Shown in pieces: positions 22,976 to 36,571 of a stretch of 64,000 nucleotides of DNA. The stretch's first letter is position 1. Every line of letters starts with the position of its first letter. Source of the DNA: Heterodontus francisci (taxonomy: Eukaryota); assembly GCF_036365525.1 (NCBI RefSeq), contig NC_090414.1, positions 20,793,846 to 20,857,845 on the forward strand, given 5' to 3'. Below the pieces are notes generated by a model, which ran no database searches, had not been told where the DNA came from, and saw only the letters and a program-made list of their open reading frames with translations. Position numbers and translations under genes: made by a program.

Positions 22976-23146
22976 GTTGCCACAGTAACCTGTTTTTTTT
23001 TGGGGGGGGGGCTAATTACCATAGTAACAGGTGCGGGGGGGAGTGTTACCATGGTAACAGCTCATTGGGGTTAGTTGCTATAGTAACAGGTACTTGGGAT
23101 GATAGTTACCATAGTAACAGGAGCAAGGGGTAATTACCATAGTAAC
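22976..23146. promoter_or_regulatory. Cluster of six RFX X-box-like palindromes
   Basis: 14-mers at 22976, 23015, 23045 (perfect GTTACCATGGTAAC), 23074, 23105, 23133. Confidence 0.6.
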
Positions 23147-23324
23147 AGTTGCTGGGGGATATTGAGCAGAGTAACTGGGACTGGGCTGATGAATGATAGT
23201 CAGTGGGGTGGGGTGGGGGGTGGGGTGCAGTGACTGTTGTTATCGGAGTCACTGGGCACAGTTAGTGTCATGGTGGAGGGGCTGATTGGATTTCCACTGT
23301 GACTCCTGGAGATTACATCGTGTC

Positions 23325-23409
23325 ATGGCGGCGGAGTTGGATGTGTTTGTGGGAAACACAACGCTGATTGACAAGGATGTTTATCGGCTCTGGCTGGATG
23401 GATATTCAG
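23325..23409 (+). CDS. FIBP: FIBP coding exon 1
   Basis: [28 protein letters not shown]; GT donor; ten exons sum to 1074 nt = 357 aa + stop with consistent phases. Confidence 0.95.
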
Positions 23410-23795
23410 GTACCGGACTGAGGTGGCACGCAGCCCCTAACGGTGATCCGGACCCCCCCCGTCGCGGTCGCCGGCGGTGAAACCTGTCGTATAAATCCAT
23501 CGCTTAATCTTGTTCATCTTCCATTCAGTGCCGTCGCGCCCACAGCAACAGGGACAGGCCATTCAGCCCATCGGGTCTCGTCTGGTGTTAACGTTGCACG
23601 CTTTGCCTCCTCCCTCCCCTCTACATCTCACCCCCCCCCCCCCCCCCATCAGCATATCCTTCCAAATAGGCGGAGCTGCCCGATCTTTCTGAGGCTCAGT
23701 TGAATAGCCGTAGGGCTTATTATCACCTGTTCCATATCTGGTGCTGCTTTTCGTATTTCAGTCCTATCTCACCATTTGCTATGCCTTCGTTCCAG

Positions 23796-23994
23796 TCAGC
23801 GACGCAGTTACAATTCGAATCCAAAGTGGGATATTGGAACAGACTGGTGCCACCCCAGATGTTTTGGAGAGTGACACAATGGATCATTACCGCACCTTCC
23901 AGATGTTGGAGCGTCTGCTGCACAGCCCCCCAAAGCTGATCAACCAACTCCTCTTCCAGATCCCCCCACCGATGCAGTGTATGTTAATTGAAAA
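23796..23994 (+). CDS. FIBP: FIBP coding exon 2
   Basis: [31 protein letters not shown]; AG/GT. Confidence 0.95.
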
Positions 23995-24097
23995 GTAAGC
24001 AGTTACAATCTGAATGGGGCTGAAATTCAGTTGTCCGGTTTGAAATAACGGGAGCGCTGGAACTGGTGTTGTGAACTGGCTGGGAAGGAGTCCTGCC

Positions 24098-24432
24098 TTG
24101 ATGGGGACAGTGTAGAGGGAGCTTTACTCTGTATCTAACCCAGTGCTGTACCTGTCCTGGGAGTGTTTGATGGGGGACAGTGTAGAGGGAGCTTTACTCT
24201 GTATCTAACCCCGTACTGTACCTGTCCTGGGAGTGTTTGATGGGGGACAGTGTAGAGGGAGCTTTACTCTGTATCTAACCCCGTACTGTACCTGTCCTGC
24301 GAGTGTTTGATGGGGGACAGTGTAGAGGGAGCTTTACTCTGTATCTAACCCCTGTGCTGTACCTGTCCTGGGAGTGTTTGATGGGGACAGTGTAGAGGGA
24401 GCTTTACTCTGTATCTAACCCAGTGCTGTACC
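24098..24432 (+). repeat. 70-bp satellite array (~4.5 units) in FIBP intron
   Basis: Same unit; no insert seen. Confidence 0.95.
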
Positions 24433-24498
24433 AGTGGAAGTGTTTTGTGAAAAATGATTCAGGTGGAGTGATGATTTGAACTGTTTTCCCTTCGGCAG

Positions 24499-24625
24499 AT
24501 ATTATACATTCGATGAGCTGTTTGTGCGAGAGGTTCTGGGGAAGAAACTGTCCAAGGGGACCAAGAAGGATCTGGACGATGTCAGCACTAAAACGAGCAT
24601 CACACTGAAGAGCTGCCGGAGACAG
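24499..24625 (+). CDS. FIBP: FIBP coding exon 3
   Basis: [32 protein letters not shown]. Confidence 0.95.
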
Positions 24626-24919
24626 GTAGAGGCCAGACAAGGTCCCAGTGTCAGACCGACTTTACATCTGAACCATTGACAAATTGCGTTCATTCTTCAG
24701 ACATATTGAAAAGCAAACTCGGTTGCTTTCAAGGTCTTAGAGTTATACAATACAGAAAGAGGCCCTTCGGCCCATCGTGTCTATGCTGAGCTGATGAGTT
24801 TTTTCCAGCCTGCTCACATTAAATTTCATCCCCCTGCTCGGCTCAGTTTAGTGGCTTTCTACCCTGAAGACTCTGGTCATGTTAAAGGTCCTGTAGCTCT
24901 GTCTGAAGAAGAGGAATGA

Positions 24920-25470
24920 TTTTCTGTGCTGAACCTTGGTTGGACCACACTTGGAGCACATGGCTCGGTTCTGGTCTCCATATTAGACAAAGGATACAGA
25001 GGCACTGGAGACGATTTGCAGGATGATACCAGAACTGAGAGGTTATTCCCATCAGGAAAGATTGACCAGGCTGGGGCTCTTTGCTCTAGAAGGGAGAAGG
25101 CTGAGGGGTGACCTGATAGAGGTCTATAAGATTATGAAAGGGGTTCGATAGGGTCGTCGTAGAAAAGATGTTTCAACTTGCGGGCGAGACCAGAACTCAA
25201 GGTCATCAATATAAGACAGTCGCTAATAAATCCAATTGGGAATTCAAGAGAAACCTCTATCCCCAGAGAGAGGGGAGAATGTGGAACTCGCTACCACAGG
25301 GAGTGGTTGAGGTGAATAGTATCGATGTATTTAAGGGGAAGCTGGATAAACACATGAGGGAGAAAGGAATAGAAGAATTGGGTGAGATGGAGAGGGGGTG
25401 GGAGGAGGCTCGTGTGGAGCAGAAACACTGGTCTAGCCCAGGTGGGCCAAATGGCCTGTTTCTGTGCTCC
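24920..25470 (+). mobile_element. CR1-type LINE 3' fragment
   Basis: [26 protein letters not shown] remnant; related pieces at 16930-17090, 35540-35760 and 57060-57270. Confidence 0.7.
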
Positions 25471-25686
25471 TAAGGAGCATTCCCAAGAGATCATTCGAAG
25501 CTTGAACTGGATAAATCAGTCTATAACCAGCCTTATGCTGCTAAATGCCGGTGGGAGAAGTGTCGCAATGCATGAGAGGTTGGGCGAGGGAGCTGTGGGT
25601 GTGGAGGAAACAGAGTGACAGCCTGTTTAGGTGTACCTTTTAACCCTGGCCTTTTAACAGCGAGTCCTCTTTCTGTCTCTCTGCAG

Positions 25687-25787
25687 TTTGATAACTTCAA
25701 ACGAGTGTTTAAGGTGGTCGAAGAGATGAAGGGACCGCTGGTGGAGAACATTCAGCAATACTTCCTCCTTTCCGACAGGCTGGCTGG
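25687..25787 (+). CDS. FIBP: FIBP coding exon 4
   Basis: [33 protein letters not shown]. Confidence 0.95.
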
Positions 25788-28381
25788 GTAAATACCCCTT
25801 CCTATCACTCTGCTTAAAAGGGGGCTGGGGAATGAATGCTGTGCAATTATTTAACTCACAGAACTCATCCACCACTGTGAGATAGGAGAGCTCGTCCTTT
25901 TAGACAAATGTTCAGCAGAAAAATAATTTTTCCAGGCATCACTTTGACCCTCACGCCGAGCGTTCATTGACAGATTAAATGCCCATGGCAGCAGTCCTCT
26001 GGGCCTTTTACGCTTTCGGCCCTTTTTATCTATCCGCAAATATTCCTGACTCCGGTCAGCGGAAAGAAGGAATTTCAATCCTGATGGTCCATGCTGGATT
26101 CGAACCCCAGTCCCTGAAGTGAAAGATCAGGAGTGTTACATATCACCTGCCAAATGTTACACCCCTGTTCAAAAAGTGCGGGAGGCGCACTCCAAGCTCG
26201 TACGGCGTGCCCGCTTCCTGCAGTTAGAAACAGGCCAACAGTTCCGACATGAAGGTAGTGGCAGCTCGGGCACGGTGGGCGGAGATTCGCCCACGCTTGG
26301 GAGGTCGAGGCAGATTATTTGGAGACTGGGACTTGACGCCCGTGGTGGAATATCTTACTGGAATGTGCAGGGCGACTGCCAGGAGTCAGCATGACTTCGT
26401 GCAAAGGCAGATGTTTCTCCCAGAGCTTGGTCCCAAACTGTAGGAGAGTTTTATCATCCCCACACCATTGCCCATCTCGTGCCCCTTTACCCCGACCCCC
26501 ATTGCTCTTTTCTCTAAAAGTCAGGTCATTAAGTTTGCTGAGCGATTTTTTTTTTTTGTATTCATCTGCTGTCTGGCCTCCTCCCCACCTGCGCTCCCTC
26601 AAGTCCAAAGGGATCACATCTGGCACACAGCTGCTCCAGCCATCTGTCGCCAGATGTGGCTGGATCGTTCCCAGAGCTGTGTGCGAACTCCTGGAACATT
26701 CCGGAGAACAAAGCCGGCTGCTCCCCCCATCTTGCTTCTGTGCTGAACTATCAGCTGTCTCCTTTTAAACCCCTCTCTCCCCTTCCCACCCCCCCCCCCT
26801 CCACCCTGACCTCCAACAACAAGTGTGAAGGTGGGGGGGAGAGGTCACTGAAATTGTGACCATCCGTTCAAGGTTCCTTCCAACTCTCCCCCTGAGGTCT
26901 TGGAATCTGATCCAGCTTCATTCTCTCCCATCTCCCTTCATCCACCTCTCCGAGCTCATCTTATCCACTAGACCTCCCTCCCACCCCTCTCTGAACCCCA
27001 TTCTCACTAAACAGCATACCACCCTATCCATCCGGTCATCGTAAATTTACACGCCTCTATTAAATCTCCCCTCAGTCTCTCCTGTTCCGAAGAAAATGGC
27101 CCCATCACCATTCCTGCCGAAGACCGGACCATCCAGCACCCAAGAGGATACAGAGATTTACCAGGGTGTTGGCAGGAATTGAGAATTCTAGCCATGAGGA
27201 AAGATTGGAGAGGTTGGCATTGATTTCGTTGGAACAGAGGAGGCTGAGGGGAGATTGAATATAAAATGATGAGGGTCCGGCATAGAGTGGATAGGAAGAA
27301 CCAGTTTCCATTAGAGAGGTCACTAACCATGGGGCATAGATTGAAAGTAATTGGTGGAAGGACTAGAAAGGAAATGGGTAATAATTTCACCCAGAGGGCA
27401 CTGGGGGTCTGGAACTCCCTGCCTGAAAAGGGGAGGTAGAGGCAGAAACCCCCATCACATTTAGAAAAAAAACCACTTGAATATGCAGTTGAAGTGCTGT
27501 ACCCAAGGTGTGATTAGGCTGGATGTCTCCTTTTGGGCCAGTACAGACACAGTGGGCCAAATGTCGTCCTCCTGTACTGTTAAGTTTTCTATGTTTCCCT
27601 TCCTTGCACCCCACCCCACACTAGCTGACATTGTTAACATATCCCCTGTCCTAGATTACTGTTCCTCACCCGCCCCGGCCTTTCAAAACTGCTGTCACTA
27701 AACTCCCCACCTCCCCGCACTCCCCCCACAAAAAAGCCCATTGGGCTCTCCATAGTTCCACAGGGAGGGATGCACTCATCTCTTTAGAAGAAGGTTGCAA
27801 CATGAAAATGTCTGGCTGTGTTCCGAATCATAGGATCTCATAGCTCGGAGTGGGTGGGTGGGGGCCATTCGGCCCTTCGAGCCTGTGCTGGCTCTTTCAA
27901 AGATCCATCCAATTAGTCCCACTCCTCCCCCCCCACAGCCCTGCAAATGTCTCCCTTTCTAGTATTTATCCGATTTTCCCCTTTTTTGAAAGTCACAAAT
28001 CGTCTTCCACCGCCCTTTCAGGGCAGCGCGGTTCCAGATCACAACAACTCAGCGCGTTAAAGATCCCGCGTGGAAAGGCACAACCCAGTTGGGCCGAATG
28101 GCCTGTTTCTGGGCAGTATTTTTTTTTTGCTCTGTGTCTCGGTCATCCGGGTCGGCTGCCGGTGGCTCCCCCTTCCCTTGAAACAGCGGCACGGAGTGGG
28201 ATTGGCAGGGAGGGAGTGAGGGGGTGCAGGAGAGCGAGTATGCGTGACCTGCCTACCAGGTTGAGGCATCGGGTTGGGGGTGGTCTCGGGCGTTATACTC
28301 ATTGTCTCTTTTCTCTTGACGGTGCCCCCTGCCAACCCAACCCCACCCCACCCCCACCTTTCGCCCACTCCCCCCTCCCAG

Positions 28382-28515
28382 TGATTATGCGGCTGTCGTC
28401 TTTTTCGCCAACAATCGATTCGAGACGGGCAAGAAGAAACTCCAGTACCTGACCTTCGAGGATTTTGCCTGCTGTGCTGAGCAGCTGATTCAGAACTGGA
28501 CGCTTGGAGCTGTGG
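28382..28515 (+). CDS. FIBP: FIBP coding exon 5
   Basis: [37 protein letters not shown]. Confidence 0.95.
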
Positions 28516-30150
28516 GTGAGTGGGGCGGGGGGGGGGGTGGGGGTGGTGCCTGGGATAGGCAGTGTAAGTACAGTGGGGTCCCCAGCCCTATCAAAATATG
28601 GGTGTTGGGAGCTATCTGTAGATTAGAGAGTGGGTTTTTAACCCATTTTTATTTTCAATTTAAAACTTGGTTGTCTGCGAATTGACAGACTCGGTGGGCC
28701 GAAGGGCCGGTTTCAGTGCTGTATCTCTCTACGACTGGGGCACGTGGGAGAATGGGCTGCAGGACGAAAGGGGTTAATGTGCTGGGGCCGTTTACCGATG
28801 GAAGGGTCTCACGGTGAAGTGAATGTCGGCCCGGTTGGGTTGATGCCCAGTGGATTTGATGAGTGATGGTGGTTCCCGCTCTGTTTTAAGCATTGGACCG
28901 TCTTAACAAAGATGAGGCAAGACAGAGGTGACATAACGGGGTCGCCACGGAAACCGGGTAGGTCGTCATGTGTCAGTAAAAGCGCATTGTCCCCTGGAAG
29001 ATCAGCAAACCGCAATCCGCCCCATATAAGGAGCCGCTCCCGATTTTCCCCCCGTCTCCTTCCGGTTGGATTTTTCTCGTCAGTTTGGACGGTCCCGAGG
29101 GAAACTGTCTTTATTATTCTGACGGCAAATGCCTTTAAAACAGGCAAATTGATGTGTGGAGTGTGACTTTGCACTCTCTGTGTCGAATGCCGAACCCCTG
29201 CAGCCAGCACAGGTATTGAAAAGGCCGCCCCATTAGCTTCGCAGCTAGACCGCGGCCGGTGTCTGAGAGCCAGTGCAAAGTGGCCGAGTGGTGGCCTGTG
29301 CTCTCAGTCGCCACCTTGCTCAGGAGGTCCTGCTTGTGAGTTCACTTACTGTCTCCGCTGTGTTTTCACTTGTTGGGTGCAGTGGGCTATAAAATATCCC
29401 CATTGTGTGTGGAGGGGCGGGGCAGGTTTAAGATGTCACTGCGAGGGGCAGCATCACTTTCAGTCCCCACTTCTCCCCCCCCCCACCACCTGCTCTTCGT
29501 CCAGTAGCGACCGTGCGATCTTTTACGTCCACCTGAGAGGGGCAGGCGGGGGCCTCTTTTTAACGTCACATCTGACAGACGGCACCTGCGACAGTGCGGC
29601 ACTCCCTCAGCACTGGCACTGGGAGTGTCGGCCTGGGTTATGGGCTCAAGTCTCTGGACTGGGACTCGATCCCTCAACCTTCTACTTCCAAGGTGAGAGA
29701 GAGAGCGAGAGAGCGAGAGCGATACCCACAGAGAGCCAGGGCTGACAACTTGGAGGTGGCTTGTGTCTGACACAGCAAGAGCCTCAAATAAACGTGGACA
29801 CTTGGTTTCTGATTCTCGACTCCACACATGCTTCCCACACACGTTAATACAATGCCCTTTACGCAGTAACAGAGCTTGGTAACTGTGCAGCACTTTGGAA
29901 TAAGACTGACTGACTGACTGACCGACTGCAGTGGGTTTAAATGTTAATTTTAAAAGTCAAATCGATTAGGAGTAGGGATTTGTAATGAGGTTGGAATGAG
30001 CTGACCCGAGGATTTTGCCTCTCGCAGGTTCACCCCTTCCATTGTCTGTGGTCTGATTTGGTTTTTTATTTCACCCCCCCCGCTCCACGACTATGTGGAG
30101 TGGTCTCCGAGGGAGCAGATAGTCACTGATGTGAATCTCATCTTTTACAG

Positions 30151-30259
30151 ATTGCATGGTGGATGACATGGATGTTGACTTGGACAGAGAGTTTCTGCAG
30201 GATCTGAAAGACCTCAAAGTGCTGATCACTGATAAGGACCTACTGGACCAACACAAAAG
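30151..30259 (+). CDS. FIBP: FIBP coding exon 6
   Basis: [30 protein letters not shown]. Confidence 0.95.
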
Positions 30260-30290
30260 GTAGAGGGCCTGTCAGGATCCACTTGTACAT

Positions 30291-31716
30291 AGCTCCCTCT
30301 ATACTGTCCCCATCAAACACTCCCAGGACAGGTACAGTACGGGGGTTAGATACAGAGTAAAGCTCCCTCTATACTGTCCCCATCAAACACTCCCAGGACA
30401 GGTACAGCACAGGGTTAGATACAGAGTAAAGCTCCCTCTATACTGTCCCCATCAAACACTCCCCAGGACAGGTACAGTACGGGGGTTAGATACAGAGTAA
30501 AGCTCCCTCTACACTGTCCCCATCAAACACTCCCAGGACAGATACAGTACGGGGGTTAGATACAGAGTAAAGCTCCCTCTACACTGTCCCCATCAAACAC
30601 TCCCAGGACAGATACAGCACGGGGGTTAGATACAGAGTAAAGCTCCCTCTACACTGACCCCATCAAATACTCCCAGGACAGGTACAGTACGGGGTTAGAT
30701 ACAGAGTAAAGCTCCCTCTATACTGTCCCCATAAAACACTCCCCAGGACAGGTACAACACGGGGGTTAGATACAGAGTAAAGCTCCCTCTATACTGTCCC
30801 CATCAAACACTCCCCAGGACAGGTACAACACGGGGGTTAGATACAGAGTAAAGCTCCCTCTACACTGTCCCCATCAAACACTCCCAGGACAGGTACAGTA
30901 CGGGGGTTAGATACAGAGTAAAGCTCCCTCTATACTGTCCCCATCAAACACTCCCAGGACAGGTACAGCACAGGGTTAGATACAGAGTAAAGCTCCCTCT
31001 ATACTGTCCCCATCAAACACTCCCCAGGACAGGTACAGCACAGGGTTAGATACAGAGTAAAGCTCCCTCTATACTGTCCCCATCAAACACTCCCAGGACA
31101 GGTACAGTACGGGGGTTAGATACAGAGTAAAGCTCCCTCTATACTGTCCCCATCAAACACTCCCAGGACAGGTACAGCACAGGGTTAGATACAGAGTAAA
31201 GCTCCCTCTATACTGTCCCCATCAAACACTCCCCAGGACAGGTACAGCACGGGGGTTAGATACAGAGTAAAGCTCCCTCTACACTGTCCCCATCAAACAC
31301 TCCCCAGGACAGGTACAGTACGGGGGTTAGATACAGAGTAAAGCTCCCTCTATACTGTCCCCATCAAACACTCCCCAGGACAGGTACAGCACGGGGTTAG
31401 ATACAGAGTAAAGCTCCCTCTACACTGTCCCCATCAAACACTCCCCAGGACAGGTACAGCACGGGGTTAGATACAGAGTGAAGCTCCCTCTATACTGTCC
31501 CCATCAAACTCTCCCCAGGACAGGTACAGCACGGGGTTAGATACAGAGTAAAGCTCCCTCTACACTGTCCCCATCAAACACTCCCCAGGACAGGTACAAC
31601 ACGGGGGTTAGATACAGAGTAAAGCTCCCTCTATACTGTCCCCATCAAACACTCCCAGGATAGGTACAGCACTGGGAGTTGGAAAGAAAAGAAAAAAAAA
31701 AAGAAACGGGGTTAGA
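30291..31716 (-). repeat. 70-bp satellite array (~19 units, reverse orientation) with terminal A-tailed insert
   Basis: Reverse complement of unit; insert ~31673-31706. Confidence 0.96.
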
Positions 31717-31861
31717 GGAAAGTCTTTCCGTCTGGGCTCGACTTGCAGACAGGTGATAGTCTGGGTGTCTGACACCCTCCTGTTTTAGATTTTGGAGCAT
31801 GTTTTTAAATGAGTGGGAATGTGTTCTGATTTTTGCTGCTGTGTCTCTGATCTTCACACAG

Positions 31862-31925
31862 TCTGGTCTGCACCGCGCTGAGGGGAAAAGTCAGCATCTT
31901 CACTGAGATGGAAGGAAACTTTAAG
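31862..31925 (+). CDS. FIBP: FIBP coding exon 7
   Basis: [21 protein letters not shown]. Confidence 0.93.
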
Positions 31926-32069
31926 GTAAAAGCAAAGTTTTATTTACCTGCTCTTAGCCAAGTGTGGGCAGTTTGTCTCGTTCATTCCTCCAGTGTAACT
32001 GGAAGTAAGTTATCACAGTTGCCTCGTTGGAAATCTTCGCTGTGCTCTGATTTGCAGTTTCCATTGCAG

Positions 32070-32156
32070 AATCTTTCTCGGGGCCTAATTAACATTGCAG
32101 CAAAACTTATCCACACCAAGGATGTTCGAGATCTCTTCATTGACCTGGTGGAAAAG
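32070..32156 (+). CDS. FIBP: FIBP coding exon 8
   Basis: [29 protein letters not shown]. Confidence 0.95.
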
Positions 32157-32753
32157 GTGCGTTCTCTGATTGCTTAGTTCAATCCCGGAGAGTGGGGATT
32201 ATTCTAGCCGGGTTGAGGAATTCTCTCCTGGCGCCCGTACCGTTTGTTAACGAGAGTACTCGCAGTCAGGGGAAAGGACGGAAAAGGGGAATGTATGTTG
32301 GGAGGGAGGCACAGACCAACCCAAACCTCCTGCATTTCTCCAGCACCTTTCACCCCTCCTCCCTCAGGGCACCTCAAAGTAATGTAGGAGAAGTGGTAGA
32401 TTTCCTTTGCGAGCTCCACTTTAATTTTCATCACAGTTTTTCAATTGGATTTGGTGCAAACGTTTAAACCCCGCCCCCCCCCCCCCTCGTCCGTCCATGT
32501 TTCATCTCAGTCGCTTTAAGCTGGGCGTTCGCACGGTTAGGCATGCAGCATGACAGTCGCACTTCTCACCAGGCCAAGTGGGGCGAGATTTTAACTCGCT
32601 CAAAACCCATTGGCGGACGCGGGGTTAAAGGAGTTCCCGGCTTCGGGAACGCCCCACATCCGACTCTCGATGCTGATGCGCCCGATTCCAGGAATGTCGC
32701 TCACTTCTGCTCACTCCTCCTCCTCTTCTTCTTCCCCCTCTTGTCTCGAACAG

Positions 32754-32851
32754 TTTATTGAGCCGTGTAAATCCGATCGATGGAACAACAATGACGTGTG
32801 CCTGTTCCTTACGCAGTACACAAACACAGCGCGTGCCCTCAGCGCCTTCAA
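32754..32851 (+). CDS. FIBP: FIBP coding exon 9
   Basis: FIEPCKSDRWNNNDVCLFLTQYT.. Confidence 0.93.
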
Positions 32852-33636
32852 GTAAGTACGGTGAGAGTTGCAGAGCGCAGGGAGAATCACATGGGACTGT
32901 CTGATAACTTTGCTAGTGTACAAATCCCGCCCTCTGCTGTACCCTCCAATGCCAATCTCCATCCTGGGCTCTGGATGTGACTATGTCAATCAGCCCCCCC
33001 GCCCCCCCCACTTTAAAAATAAACTTGTACCCGATGAGCAGGGCAGGGGTCAGGCTCAGAATTCTTTAGCTACCCCGTGTGGCCGGCAATTTTAATTTAA
33101 CTGAAAGATTGCCGAGGGTTTGGAGGAGCAGGAGGTGGCCTCCAGATTCCTCAGTCCTGGCGGTCTGCCATGCTCCCTGGGTTTTGAGACCAGCGGAGGC
33201 ATTCAAGCAGGAAGAAAGAACTTGAATTTATATAGCGCCTTTCACGACCTGGGGGGGTGGGGGGGGTGCCTTTATAGCCAATGTGGTACCTTTTTGAAGT
33301 GTCGTAATGTAGGCAGCAAATCAATTGATCAATTTTGTAATGTTTTGTAAAATATGTATTTTAAAAAATATATATTTTGGACATTAGAAATTTCAGTTAC
33401 TGAGGAAAAATAATGGCGGATCAGTGTATTCCACAGTGCCGGCCGGTGGCCAGAGTTTGGAACTGCAGGAAAACTTGAACAGCCTGTGACTAAAAACGTG
33501 ACAGGATAAAACCTATTGAAGGAACAAGTGGAGTTGTTACAGGGAGTTAAAAGGGCAACTAGGGGTGCAGACACAAGGGATGTTGCAATACATTTCCATT
33601 TAAATCTCGGTTATTTATTGTATTTTGTTTATCTAG

Positions 33637-33706
33637 ACACCAGTGCCTGTGGGAACGATACATGGGCACCATCAAAAGTTGCATCATGACGATGTATCAC
33701 GACTGA
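33637..33706 (+). CDS. FIBP: FIBP last coding exon
   Basis: HQCLWERYMGTIKSCIMTMYHD*; AATAAA at 34063-34068. Confidence 0.93.
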
Positions 33707-34159
33707 AGGCTCGGGGTGCCTCCTGACTGGCACAGGGAGAGCTGCGAGCCTCAGCCTGCAGTTGGCAAAGAGAAAGCCCTCCGGACAGCAGATTGACTGC
33801 ATTCCTCTCCCTTTCCGACCTGTCTCGATTTCCTGGGCGAGACCTTTTTTGAACGTGCTTGTGATTTTTCCTTTTCAAGCCTCGTAAACCGTTCGAAGGT
33901 TATAAGGGTTTAAGTGGCGGACTTTCCGAGATCATTCTGTCGTCCTTTCTGTTTGCGGTGTGGGATAGAGAGAGTCCTCCTTTCACAGCATCTTCTCTCC
34001 TTGTTCAAGGGGTTACATTATTGCCACCCAACTGAAAGGGAGGCTGCACTGTTGGAATGTTCAATAAATATTTCAGTGTTTTTAACCCACCTGAATGTCA
34101 TTACTTCACTGGCTGTGAAGCCCCCCTGGGCTGCTGTATAATACACAGTCCTTGGTTTG

Positions 34160-34600
34160 TTTCTTTCTCTCTCTCTCTCTCTCTCTCACTTTCCCTTTCT
34201 TTACCCCTCTCTGTTTGTCTCCCTGTCTGGCTGTCTCTCTCTCTCTCTTTGTATCTGTCTCTCTTATGTGTGTGTCTCTGTCTCTCCATCCCTCTCTCTG
34301 TATGTGTTTGTCTCTCTGTCCCTCTCCCTCACTCTGTCCACCTCTGTCTCTCTGTCTATCTCTCTATGTCCACTTCAGTCTGTGTGTGTCTCTCTGTCTT
34401 TATGTGTGTGTGTCTGTCTGTCTCTCTGTGTCTGTGTCTCTTTCTCTCTTTGTCTGTCTCTCTATCTGACTGTGTGTCTCTGTTTGTCTGTCTGTGTCTG
34501 TGTGTGTCTATCTCTCTCTCTCTGTCTCTCCCTATGTGTCTGTTTCTCTCTGTCTGTTTCTGTCTCTCTATGTATCTGCCTCTTTTTGTGTCCCACTATN
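34160..34600. repeat. (TC)n/(TG)n low-complexity tract
   Basis: Direct inspection. Confidence 0.9.
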
Positions 34601-36571
34601 NNNNNNNNNNNNNNNNNNNNNNNNNNNNNNNNNNNNNNNNNNNNNNNNNNNNNNNNNNNNNNNNNNNNNNNNNNNNNNNNNNNNNNNNNNNNNNNNNNNN
34701 NNNNNNNNNNNNNNNNNNNNNNNNNNNNNNNNNNNNNNNNNGACTCTCCAGCTTTTCTCTTCATCATCACTTCTCTCTGGTCCTCTCGCCAATGGCAGAC
34801 CCCACATGAGAGGATCAGTTAAGAATGGAGGCATGTCACATCAAACGCCCTGTGCTCTCAGGAAATCCTCTCCCCCCGGTCACCGCTCAGAGGACCCGCT
34901 GCCTGCTGACACTGGGCAAAGTGATGGACGCCCGGCCAAAGCTGCAGGGAGCAGAACACGTGACCAATCTCTGCTGGGAGGAGCTGTACTCCGAGCTGCA
35001 AAGGGCAAGAGAGCACTGATAATCTTCATTCAAACCGGGACACCCCAGCCTAATCTCCTTCTCCCTGAACCTACCAAATAACAAGAGATGCCTTCAACCA
35101 CACCATGCAACAACACAACCCACCCTCATTGCCCCTCTGAGTTCTCGATCCTGCCAGATGGTGACCTCTGTAAATAATAAACATTCAGTTCACGTTGTAC
35201 TTCAACGCGACAGTGCAGACCCACCCACTCTTCCCTAGCTCCAGGCCTTGCTCCTGTTCCAGTCTTCCTCGTGATACTGGAGAACCAGGATTGGGGAAGG
35301 CGGGTGATCGGTCGGGGATTTGCTCTGGCAAAGGAAGATGGCAGATTTCCTTCCCTAAAGGACATTAGTGAGCCGGATGGTTTTTTACCGAGAGTTCGGT
35401 AGTTTCACCATTACTGAGACTTAGCTTTTTAATTAGGATTTATTAATGAACTGAGTTTAAACTCCCCCGCTGTCATGACGGGCTCTGAGCTCGTCTCTCG
35501 GGATTACGCGTCCAGTAACATAACCACTGTGCTACCAGACAGCACAGAAACAGGCCATTTGGCCCATCCGCTCCGTGCTGGTGTTTCTGCCCCACACGAG
35601 CCTCCTCCCACCCCCGTCTCCATCTCCTTCTATTCCTTTCTCCCTCATGTGTTTATCCAGCTTCCCCTTCAATGTATCGATACTATTCACCTCGACCACT
35701 CCCCGTGGTAGCGAGTTCCACATTCTCCCCACTCTCCGGGGAAAGGAGTTTCTCCTGAATTCAGCTGCCCTCCTCTTTCTAGTCTCTGCCGGCTGATTAC
35801 ATGCACAGAACCTGGCACGGAGGCTGCTGACTAAAGCAGCCCACGACGATCACGGGTGCTGCACAGTTCGGGGGGGGGGGGGTGAGCTCCTGATTCAGTT
35901 CCCTGGAGGAAGGCCAACTGCAACTCCCTGTGTTCAGAAAACCCACAGAGGATCACAGGCCTCACCCCACCCCACCTCACCGCCAACTAAACCCCAAATC
36001 AGAGCAGGAAACGCAAAGGGGGCCCCGGCGGTTTGACCGCCTCTTTCGCGGGTGTGGGGAAACCAGCGCTGCAGGGCTGGACAGCGCCAACGGGAATGCG
36101 CGCGCTCTCGGGCCGCCCTGGGTGTCCGCCGCCCGCCATGACGATTTAGGCCGCCGTACGTTGGCAAGCCGCAAATCCGCAAAGCCATGTCCCCAGAGCA
36201 ATACCCTGGGTCTCTGGGTTACTAGTCCAGTGACAATAGCACTCTGTCACCCCCATGGCAACCCAGCTCCTGCCCAAGTTCCCATCAACATCTTTCCTTT
36301 CACGGTGAAATAATGAAGCTGAGGATTCTTGTAGGGGTTAAAGATGCAGTAAATACAGGGCCTGCAAACCCCAACAGTCAGGGTTTAGTGGTTCATACTC
36401 GGCGCCAGCTAATTATAGGCCTCCTGCTCTCAGCCTGCTCTTTACAGCAGTGACTGAAACTGTCGAAGAGCAGGCTGAGGGCGGGGGGGTGGAGAAAGTG
36501 TCGAAACTCCACTGGAATCAGTGAATCCACATGAACAGGACAGTATAAATCACAGTCTGCTCTGAGACCAC

